Shown here piece after piece: positions 56,502-64,000 of a stretch of DNA of 64,000 nucleotides (the first letter of the stretch is position 1; each line of letters begins with the position of its first letter). The DNA comes from Vulcanimicrobiota bacterium (GTDB lineage: Bacteria > Vulcanimicrobiota > Xenobia > Xenobiales > JADMJV01), in assembly GCA_050250895.1 (NCBI GenBank), contig JBFWNU010000004.1:302934-366933 (forward strand). Reading direction: 5' to 3'. The position numbers and the translations under genes are program-made. The notes below the pieces were generated by a model. The model made no database searches, was not told the origin of the DNA, and saw nothing but the letters and a program-made list of their open reading frames with translations.

Positions 56502-57890
56502 TTAGCGCTCCTCGTCGAGTCGAAGAGTGACTTCAGCCCCGCCGGCCTTCAGGGTGGTCTTGAGACGCTGGCTGCGGCCGCCGGCCTCGACGACGATCTC
56601 ATATTCGCCGAGAAACCCAGGAACGGTGAACTCACCCTGGCTATCGGTGACCCCGTCAGCCCTGGTCCACCAATCGTTATAGACGAGCTGCTTCCAGGTC
56701 GCCAGACCCGGCTTTTCGGTGCCATCCTCACGATAGAAGGGTGAATTGTGGAGCCAGTGCGAGGGCCCGTCGAACCCCCAGACGACGAAGCCGGTCGTGG
56801 CCGGGCTGCTGAAGCAGGCGGTCATGTAGTCGCGCAGGTAATCGGCTTCGAGCTGCTCCAGCTCGGGACCGGGACGGGTCGTTGGAGCCGTCCGCCAGCG
56901 TTGCTCGAAGGTGCCCGTCGCTTGCGAGGCTTGCAGGCGCACGTCGTATTCGGTGACCTCGAGGGCCACGCCCAGGCTCCCGAGTCGCTCGAGCCGGTCG
57001 AGGACCTGGGGAATCCCGGCCAAGGAGCCGATATGGTGAGACTGCAGGCCCAGTCCGTCCACCGGCGCCTGGCGCTTCTGCAACTCTTTCATCAGCTGGG
57101 TTACGGCCACCAGCCGGGACTCTTTCAGGTCACCGCTACAAAGCTTATGCTCGTTGACGAATAGGCGAGCCTCGGGCGCGAATTGGTGGGCCGCCACCAA
57201 CCACTCGGCCGCCCCCGCCGCGCCCAGGCGGGCGAACAGGTCACTGTTATCCGAGGGTTCGTTCAAGACGTCCCAATCATCGATGGCTGCAAACGCCGGA
57301 TCGCCGATGGTCTGCTCGAGATGGTGCCGCACTTGCTGCCGGATCTGCTCATCGGACGTCCCCGCCAACTCCTGGGGAGTCGCCTTCTTGCGGCCCCGGT
57401 TCCAGACCAGCACATGACCCCGCACCCGAAAATCGTTGTCCTTGAGCCATTTGAGGGCTGAAAGCGAGGAGACCTTTCTCTTCTGGACCTTCTCGGGAGT
57501 GTCCCAGGTCCAGTTGTAGAAGACATTCAGGGTCGCATAATTGAAGAGTTCTTTGAGACGCTCACGGTAGACCTCACTCGGCTGGCCGTCGGCCATCAAC
57601 AGTTCGGCGTTGACCTGAGTCCCGAAACGATACGCGTGCCCGGTCATGCGCACCCGGACCCTGGCCCCGCTCAGCGGTCCCGCCTCGTCCTCGACCTTGA
57701 GCTTCAGGTCGGCTTTGCGATACTTCTCGATTCTAGCCTGGGCGGGCCCACGCCAGTCGGCCCGCGGATCGTGCCCCTCGTAGTCGTGGGGAGGATCAGA
57801 ACGAAGCCCCAGCACCAGACCGGTTAGCGACAGACCGGCCAATAAAACCAGGGCTCCCAGGCTCAAAGCACGCCGCGGCCCAAAGCTCAC
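56502..57890 (-). CDS. glycoside hydrolase family 10 protein, membrane-anchored
   Basis: RGHVLVW, WDVLNEP, GLGLQSH, VTEYD and VWGF motifs. Confidence 0.9.
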   Translation of the reverse strand: MSFGPRRALSLGALVLLAGLSLTGLVLGLRSDPPHDYEGHDPRADWRGPAQARIEKYRKADLKLKVEDEAGPLSGARVRVRMTGHAYRFGTQVNAELLMADGQPSEVYRERLKELFNYATLNVFYNWTWDTPEKVQKRKVSSLSALKWLKDNDFRVRGHVLVWNRGRKKATPQELAGTSDEQIRQQVRHHLEQTIGDPAFAAIDDWDVLNEPSDNSDLFARLGAAGAAEWLVAAHQFAPEARLFVNEHKLCSGDLKESRLVAVTQLMKELQKRQAPVDGLGLQSHHIGSLAGIPQVLDRLERLGSLGVALEVTEYDVRLQASQATGTFEQRWRTAPTTRPGPELEQLEADYLRDYMTACFSSPATTGFVVWGFDGPSHWLHNSPFYREDGTEKPGLATWKQLVYNDWWTRADGVTDSQGEFTVPGFLGEYEIVVEAGGRSQRLKTTLKAGGAEVTLRLDEER

Positions 57891-59113
57891 AGGTCGGGCT
57901 CTTTCGCATCGAGCTCGAGGCGCGCTCGGTCCAACCCCTCTCGAAAGAGGGCCCAGGCCAGCGCGAGCATGAAGCCAAAGAGAAAGCCGGCCACGGTCTT
58001 CAAAGCCCCATAGCGCCTGACCGGCTCGACGGGAACAATCGGTTCGTCGATGATACGGTAGGGCGAGGTCACGCTCTTTCCCTGCTCGATCATCTGGGCC
58101 ACCTGCAATTGCTGAACATACTGCTGGAAAATGTGCTCGCGAATGTTGACCTCGCGGGTGAGTTCCCGGTAGCGTTCGGCCTGACGAGGCGTTTGCTTGA
58201 GCAGTGAGGCCTGGGCGGCCGATTCGGCCTGCAACTCGAGCACTTTGGCCTCGAGCCCTGCCTCGCGTGATTTGAGGGCCATCTGCACTTCAAGATTACC
58301 GGACGAGGCGAGTTGACTCCTCACCGCTCGAAGCTCGGCTTCGGCCAGGATGCGCTCGGTGTTGAGCGTGGTCAGGGCGGAGAACTCGCTCTGGCTTTGC
58401 GTCTCGAGGGGAACCACGATCTCTTCGCTCTCGGCAAACTCGCGTAGCTCTCGGATGGCGGCCTCGAGCTCTTGCTTGCTCTGGCGCGTCTCGTCTTCGA
58501 GAAAGGAAGAGCGCGACTGGGTCTCTGTCTGCAGGCGGGCCTCGAGCAGTTGAAAGAACTCGTCGGCGATGGCCTGGGAGAGTTCTGCTGAATCGGTTTC
58601 GACGGTGAAACGGACGGGGGCCAGCAGGGGGGGATGAGGGCCTTCGACTTCGATGGAATCGCGCAAGATCTCCAGGACTTCATCCCGGTTCAAACCGGCG
58701 TCGATCTGCCTTCCTAAGAACCTCTCGTCGGTGGCCAGAGAGAGTTTCTCCATCACGGTCAGGTGCAGGGTCTCGCTTTCGAGGATTGCCGAGACATATT
58801 CACTACCGCCGGTGCTCAGACCGAACATGGCCGCAAACTGCTGAGCCTCGGGCGACATGGTCATGCTCACGGGGCCGGTCACGAAAACGGAGAAACCGCT
58901 GGCGTAATGGCGGGGCGCCAATAAGACGATGGCCGCCACCAGACCCGCGCACAGAAAAGAAGCGAGGAACGTAAAACGCCACCACCGCCTGACAAAGGCA
59001 AGGACCATCGAGGGTGTGATCTCGTCACGGGTCTCGACTGGAGGTGGGGTTCTTTTGGCAGTATCGGTCAATCTCGTCCTTTGGCCGGGTTTGGCGCCAG
59101 CGACGAGTATCAT
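57887..59113 (-). CDS. polysaccharide chain-length determinant (Wzz/GumC-like)
   Basis: Two TM segments flanking a coiled coil. IIDEPIVPVEP before the second TM. Confidence 0.85.
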   Translation of the reverse strand: MILVAGAKPGQRTRLTDTAKRTPPPVETRDEITPSMVLAFVRRWWRFTFLASFLCAGLVAAIVLLAPRHYASGFSVFVTGPVSMTMSPEAQQFAAMFGLSTGGSEYVSAILESETLHLTVMEKLSLATDERFLGRQIDAGLNRDEVLEILRDSIEVEGPHPPLLAPVRFTVETDSAELSQAIADEFFQLLEARLQTETQSRSSFLEDETRQSKQELEAAIRELREFAESEEIVVPLETQSQSEFSALTTLNTERILAEAELRAVRSQLASSGNLEVQMALKSREAGLEAKVLELQAESAAQASLLKQTPRQAERYRELTREVNIREHIFQQYVQQLQVAQMIEQGKSVTSPYRIIDEPIVPVEPVRRYGALKTVAGFLFGFMLALAWALFREGLDRARLELDAKEPDL

Positions 59114-59198
59114 TGTTCATAAGCTTTAGCCGCTCCTGCCATCGAAAGCCGAGCAGAGCGAGAGGACCTGGTCGCGCCAGGAGGAAGCGGGAGCGACC

Positions 59199-60095
59199 AT
59201 GAGGCCGCCTAACTTCTTCGTGATCGGTGCCCCCAAGTGCGGAACGACTTCCCTGGTGGCCTGGCTATCGGACCACGAGCAGGCGTATCTGTCGCCTTCC
59301 AAGGAGCCACGCTACTTCGATCGCGACCTGAAGACCCGGTTTCGCCTCAACAAAAGCCAGTACGCGGCTCTCTTCCAGCAGGTGCGTGAAGAGCACCGAG
59401 CCATCGGAGAGGCGACGGTCCTCTACCTGTATTCAGAAGAGGCCGTGGACAACATCGAACGCGAACTGCCGGGGTCTCGCTATATCGTGATGCTGCGTAA
59501 CCCCATCGACCTCGCCTACTCTCACCATGAGCAGATGACGCTGCATCTGGGCGAGAATCTGCTGGATTTCGAAAGCGCCTGGCGAGCGAGCCCGAGAAGA
59601 CGGCAGGGAAAGGGCGTCAATCCTTTCTTTCTGGCCGAGCCCCGGCTGTTGGACTATCAACGTCTGGGTCAATTGGGAAGTCAACTTGAGGCGGTCTTGC
59701 GCAAAGTCGAGCCAGAGCGCGTGCTGGTCCTGTTCCTCGAGGACCTGGTGAGAAATCCGAGAGCCGAGTATGTCAAAGTCCTCGGCTTTCTAGGCTTGGA
59801 GGACGATGGCAGAACGAGCTTTCCCAAGGAAAATCCGGCCAAGCGCGTCCGTTCACGCTATCTGCAACGCCTGATCACGATGCTCATGAAACTCGAGGTG
59901 GTGGTCCGGGCCCGACTCGGATTTGCCCCCGCCAGCTCAAGACCGCTCAGGGCTCTTAACCTTTGGAACAAGACTCCCCATCCCCGAGAGCCGATGCCTG
60001 CCCGGCTCAGGTCGGAACTCGCTCTGCATTTTCGGGACGAGGTCGCAAAACTCGAGCAGTTGACCGGTCGCGACTTGAGCCACTGGCACCGCTAA
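59199..60095 (+). CDS. sulfotransferase family protein
   Basis: IGAPKCGTTSL (5'-PSB), KEPRYF and LRNPIDLAYS (3'-PB) motifs. Confidence 0.92.
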   Translation: MRPPNFFVIGAPKCGTTSLVAWLSDHEQAYLSPSKEPRYFDRDLKTRFRLNKSQYAALFQQVREEHRAIGEATVLYLYSEEAVDNIERELPGSRYIVMLRNPIDLAYSHHEQMTLHLGENLLDFESAWRASPRRRQGKGVNPFFLAEPRLLDYQRLGQLGSQLEAVLRKVEPERVLVLFLEDLVRNPRAEYVKVLGFLGLEDDGRTSFPKENPAKRVRSRYLQRLITMLMKLEVVVRARLGFAPASSRPLRALNLWNKTPHPREPMPARLRSELALHFRDEVAKLEQLTGRDLSHWHR

Positions 60096-61324
60096 GCTGC
60101 TTCTGAGCGGTACCTCGCCCAGACCGCCACGGCCAGATAAGCGGCCAGGAACGCCTCGCAGGCAAGCGTGGCCGACACGGCCCCCTTCCACGAGTAGAGC
60201 GGGATCAAGTAAGCATTGAGGCCGACGTTGAGGACGGCCGTGAGCAGCATGGCTTTGCCACGGCCACGTTGCAGGTCTGCGCCGGTGAGAACAGAGCCGG
60301 CCAGCTCCTGGGCGATTTTCAGGCCGGGCAACAGGCAGAGCAGGTGGACCACCGGGATGGTATCCGAGAACTTCGGCCCTAAAAGGATGGGAATTACCGG
60401 AGCGAGCAGCCACAGAAGCGCCGCCGTTCCGCCAGCGTAGGCCAGGGCCGCTGGAACCAGCCCCCGAGTCAACTTGAGTGCTCCCGCCACTCCCTCGGCC
60501 CCGGCCTGAAAGTATCTTCGATACATGGTACGATTCAAGGCCAACAGGGGGGTCAGGCTGACCTGAACGATCCGATAGGCCGCCCCATACAGTCCCGCCG
60601 CATCGGCCGTGGCCAGCCGCAGCAACATCGCTTTATCGGCATCATTGTTGATCTGTTGGCACGCCTGGGTCATCGAGAAATCGAACCCATCCGACCGGAT
60701 CACCGCAAAGCTAGACCACTCGATGGCGGGGGCGTTGAAATGAAAGCGAATCAGTCCATAGGCCAACAAAGCGGACAACAGTCCGGCCGTGACGTAGAAG
60801 TTCAGGTAAAACGCCGGGGTGGGCGATTCGGCCAGGCAGACGAAGACGATCACGGCCACCAGGCGAAAGGCGAAGGGCAGGTGATTGACCAGAGCGGCCA
60901 TCTTCATGTTGCCGACCGCGTTAAAGGCCAGCGAAAACCCCTCCGCGATCTTGGTAAAGAACAACTCGCTAAACCCGGTGGCCAGCACGATGGCCAGCCC
61001 GAGTTCAGCCGGAAAGAGCCAACGACTGGCGCAGCCGAGCCCCAGACACAGCGCCAGGGCAGCCACGAAATTCAGCAAGACCATGCGCCCGAGGCAAACC
61101 TCTACGCTAGTTTGAGTTCGGGAGACTTCCCTGACCATGAGCTGAGGCGTGCCCAGACTGGAAAAGGGAGCAAGAATCCCAAAGATTGCGATGACCCCGA
61201 TTAAGACACCGTAGTCTGACGGCCCAAAGGTTCGCGCCAGCAACAGGAAGTAAATGGATCGTCCCACCACGTTCGCCACCTGCCCTAAAAGGTTCCAGGT
61301 CATCTCGCGCCGACGACTGGTCAT
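60092..61324 (-). CDS. Wzx-type oligosaccharide flippase
   Basis: About 12 TMs. LARTFGPSDYG, AGLYGAAYRI and LNAYLIPLY motifs. Confidence 0.9.
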   Translation of the reverse strand: MTSRRREMTWNLLGQVANVVGRSIYFLLLARTFGPSDYGVLIGVIAIFGILAPFSSLGTPQLMVREVSRTQTSVEVCLGRMVLLNFVAALALCLGLGCASRWLFPAELGLAIVLATGFSELFFTKIAEGFSLAFNAVGNMKMAALVNHLPFAFRLVAVIVFVCLAESPTPAFYLNFYVTAGLLSALLAYGLIRFHFNAPAIEWSSFAVIRSDGFDFSMTQACQQINNDADKAMLLRLATADAAGLYGAAYRIVQVSLTPLLALNRTMYRRYFQAGAEGVAGALKLTRGLVPAALAYAGGTAALLWLLAPVIPILLGPKFSDTIPVVHLLCLLPGLKIAQELAGSVLTGADLQRGRGKAMLLTAVLNVGLNAYLIPLYSWKGAVSATLACEAFLAAYLAVAVWARYRSEAA

Positions 61325-62466
61325 GGGACGCGGGGGCCACTCCTTCTAACCTCGTCGTAGATTCTTTCCAGCTTACGAGTCTGGGCCTCGAGGTCAAAGT
61401 TGGCCACGGCATGGTCGCGGGCCGCTCGACTCATGGTTTGCCAGAGCCTGTCGTCGGCGAGCAGTCGCCGACCGAACTCGACGGCCCGCGGGACCGCGTC
61501 TTGAGGGAACAGAAAGCCAGTGCGCTCCTCGGACACCCCTTCGGGGATACCTCCGAGTCGGGTGGCCAAGACCGGCGTGCCGCAGCTTTGGGCCTCGATA
61601 AAGACCAGGCCGAAAGCCTCGACCGCTCCCGAGGGCATCGCCCGACTGGGACCGATCAGGGCTTTGGAGCGCGCCAGCATGGCCCGGATCTCGTCATCGG
61701 GCAGGACGCCCATGAAGTCGGCGTTGCATCCCAGCGACTCGGCTAGCAGCGTCAGGGCGGGTCGTTCGGGACCATCGCCCACAATCTTCAACCGTAGATC
61801 GGCAAAGGTTTGCTGCAGCCGGGCCGCGACCCTGATGGCCACATCGCACCCCTTATCGGGCACCAGCCGCCCCACAAAGGCCAGCCAGTTCTGTCTGGGC
61901 TCGCTCTCGGGCAGGGGCGCAAAGACGTCGGTGTCCACACCGATGTAGTGCGTCTCGAGCAAGGCCGGGGAGAAGCCCTTGCGGATGAGTTCGGTTCGCA
62001 GCGCCTCGGACACGCACAAAATCCGACAAATGGAGCCCGGAAGTCGCCATTTGTTGAGGGCATAGTAGCGACCGAGCCACCCCACTTCTTGGAGCAGAGA
62101 ATGGCGAAAAGCGTCATAACCGTGATAGGTCACGACCAGGGGCAGGCCGAGAGCCCTGGCCAGGGGCAAGGCCAAAAGGCCATTGGGACCGAAGTGGGCG
62201 TGGATGATGGCCGGGTTGCGTCCTCTCAACTCGGCCAGCAGGCGGTGGCTGGGTAGTCCCAACCCGAAGGCCAGAATCCCCAGCCACGATTCGTGCTCGC
62301 ACAGCAACACTGATTCGGCCGTGAGCCAGTCTCTTTGCCCGCCCGGTCGCAGCCCCAGGAAAAGAGGCCGGTAGTCACGCAGCGCCTCTCCCTGTCTCTT
62401 GATAAACGCCTGGGAAAAGGGCAACAGTCTATCGGTGAAGATTATGGCGGTGGGTCGGGCGCTCAA
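61321..62466 (-). CDS. glycosyltransferase family 4
   Basis: IHAHFG, FVGRLVPDKG and EAFGLVFIEAQSCGTPV motifs. TTG start overlapping the upstream stop. Confidence 0.9.
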   Translation of the reverse strand: MSARPTAIIFTDRLLPFSQAFIKRQGEALRDYRPLFLGLRPGGQRDWLTAESVLLCEHESWLGILAFGLGLPSHRLLAELRGRNPAIIHAHFGPNGLLALPLARALGLPLVVTYHGYDAFRHSLLQEVGWLGRYYALNKWRLPGSICRILCVSEALRTELIRKGFSPALLETHYIGVDTDVFAPLPESEPRQNWLAFVGRLVPDKGCDVAIRVAARLQQTFADLRLKIVGDGPERPALTLLAESLGCNADFMGVLPDDEIRAMLARSKALIGPSRAMPSGAVEAFGLVFIEAQSCGTPVLATRLGGIPEGVSEERTGFLFPQDAVPRAVEFGRRLLADDRLWQTMSRAARDHAVANFDLEAQTRKLERIYDEVRRSGPRVP

Positions 62467-63698
62467 GGTTGCTCGAGTTGTACACCGGAGACCCCAGCTC
62501 CTGGATTCTGGTCGAGCAGGACCTGGCAGGTCAGGTCGGTGGCATTGGCCGCAACGGCGCCAGGACGGTCCTGGGCCAGGAGGCGGGCCAGCCTGGTTCG
62601 CATGCCCGACAGGCCGGTCGAACCCAAATTCAATCCGGCGCCGAGAGCCTCGAGCCGGGCCGCGTTGTCGGGCTGGTCGTGGGCCATCGGGACCAGCAAC
62701 TGTGGGATCCCGGCCGCCAGCGCCTGAGCCGCGGTGCCGACTCCGCCGTGGTGAATCACCACTCTGGCCCGAGCAAACAAGGCGCCAAAGGGGGCCGTGG
62801 CCACATGGAAAACATCGTCCTCGGGCGCCGTGGGAGGCAGGTGAGGCGATACCAACACCACTCGCAGGTTCAGACTGCGGCAAGTGGCCACCGCCTGCCG
62901 AAAGCTCTCTTGACCGTGCCTTTGCCCGGTGCCAAAGGTGACGACGGCCGGAGCGGGACCGGCCGCCAGAAATGCTTCGAGTTCGGACTGCAGCGATTCG
63001 TCGTCGCCCAACAGAAAGCCGGTCTGAAACCCGGGCCTGGGCCAATCGGCGGCGGGGGCGGCGAACCACCGAGGAAACAACCACAGGTGAATGGCGCCGG
63101 CCTGCATCCAGGCGAGCACCTTGGGGGCCGGGGCCAGGCCTGCGCTCATCCGCACTTCACGGAGGGCGGGCTCTACCAGGCGGTCTATGTTGACTTCGTT
63201 GAGCCGGTAGAAGAGCCAGCGAATCCAACGAGGCATGGGGGTCACCCACTCCCAACCGCAGATCAGGGGCGTGGCCTCGAGGCTGACGATGCCGGCCGGC
63301 GCAAACCAGAGGCAGAAACGGGGCCAATCCAGCAACTCTTGCAGGATGCGTGTGGCCGGAAGGGCCAGATAGGTCGAGACCAACCTCCACTCCTGGGCCC
63401 GGGGCAGCGAAAGTCCCAGCTCTACGATCGGCCGGGTCGCTGGCACCATCAAGCCTTGCAAGACCACTCCGAAAAACCGGCGCGGATGCCAAAAATCGGG
63501 GTTGGATAGGGCGGCATCGTAGAGTTCTCTGGAGAGCACCGAGGTAAAGTCCAGTCCGGCGGCTTCGGCCAGGTCCTGGTAGGGCTCGGGCCCGGCTAGA
63601 ATCACCGTGTGCCCCCGACGGCATAGCTCGCCGCCCAGCCGAATGCACGGCCTGATGTCTCCGCCGGTTCCCAGGGCGACCAACAGAAAATTCACCAA
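62463..63698 (-). CDS. glycosyltransferase family 1 (RhlB/GT28-N-like)
   Basis: GTGGDIRP, IHHGGVGT and PMAHDQPDNA motifs. Confidence 0.9.
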   Translation of the reverse strand: MVNFLLVALGTGGDIRPCIRLGGELCRRGHTVILAGPEPYQDLAEAAGLDFTSVLSRELYDAALSNPDFWHPRRFFGVVLQGLMVPATRPIVELGLSLPRAQEWRLVSTYLALPATRILQELLDWPRFCLWFAPAGIVSLEATPLICGWEWVTPMPRWIRWLFYRLNEVNIDRLVEPALREVRMSAGLAPAPKVLAWMQAGAIHLWLFPRWFAAPAADWPRPGFQTGFLLGDDESLQSELEAFLAAGPAPAVVTFGTGQRHGQESFRQAVATCRSLNLRVVLVSPHLPPTAPEDDVFHVATAPFGALFARARVVIHHGGVGTAAQALAAGIPQLLVPMAHDQPDNAARLEALGAGLNLGSTGLSGMRTRLARLLAQDRPGAVAANATDLTCQVLLDQNPGAGVSGVQLEQP

Positions 63699-63794
63699 CC
63701 CAGGGCTGCCTGTTCGTTAGCGGTCTCATTCGCAGGCCTGGCTCGGTGGGGGTCGAAGGTCGCCCCCAGTCCACAGGTAGGCCGGCGATCCCAG

Positions 63795-64000
63795 GTGTTA
63801 GCAGTCACGCCTTTTGAAAAACTCTTCCTCTATTGCGACGAGGTCGCGGGCCCGACGGCCTTCGAGATCGGGCTCGAATTTACCGCTGACTTCGACCACC
63901 AGAAACTGACCGCGGCTCTCGACCGGGCCGTGACGCGCCACCCGATGCTCTCGGCCCGCATCGAAGAGCATCGCGGGCGGTTGGTCTGGGTGCCTCAGCC
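63795..64000 (+). CDS. condensation-domain/acyltransferase-like protein, 5' part (runs off the window)
   Basis: Manual translation gives MLAVTPFEKLFLY...FDHQKLTAALDRAVTRHPMLSARI, matching the LD...L..A...RHP.L pattern. Not in the ORF track because it is truncated. Confidence 0.6.
   Translation, partial: MLAVTPFEKLFLYCDEVAGPTAFEIGLEFTADFDHQKLTAALDRAVTRHPMLSARIEEHRGRLVWVPQ

Noticed and set aside
62467-63084. Arg-rich N-terminal extension of the 587-aa GT4 ORF
   Set aside because: Overlaps the GT1 gene out of frame. The coupled TTG at 62466 is the better start.
1-64000. Prophage, IS element or known anti-phage defence system
   Set aside because: No integrase, transposase, phage structural or recognisable defence genes were seen.

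Overview
A GC-rich bacterial chromosomal window with about 65 plausible genes. I see no rRNA, tRNA, CRISPR array, integrase or transposase. The left and middle parts hold mostly single-gene units. These include an FHA-clostripain fusion, a DAG kinase, a GapR-like protein, an LLM oxidoreductase, an isochorismatase-kinase-phosphatase fusion, a hybrid histidine kinase, FtsH, a CarF/FAD4-type desaturase, a GH32-like hydrolase, a pentein deiminase, a HYD1-type ADP-ribosyltransferase, a 5'-nucleotidase, an App1-type phosphatase, and S41, S8, M28 and zincin proteases. The right end (50.1-64 kb) is a Wzx/Wzy polysaccharide locus with a sulfotransferase and a GH10 enzyme. Five patterns are not explained by the gene list. 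(1) A candidate small-RNA island at 38.7-42.0 kb has three sibling copies of a ~115-bp promoter/conserved-core/terminator unit plus three other short promoter-to-terminator units. (2) An RRE(PqqD)-twin-arginine-14-Cys precursor gene sits between two of those copies. (3) About ten unrelated proteins share a non-Sec N-terminal leader resembling a type III/flagellar export signal. (4) At least 13 genes have a TAnnnT box 6-7 nt before the start codon, the leaderless geometry. (5) Several REP-like and tandem repeats are present. The overall style suggests Candidatus Eremiobacterota, but that is my impression only and the window has no marker gene. All product calls come from motif recognition by eye, not from database searches.
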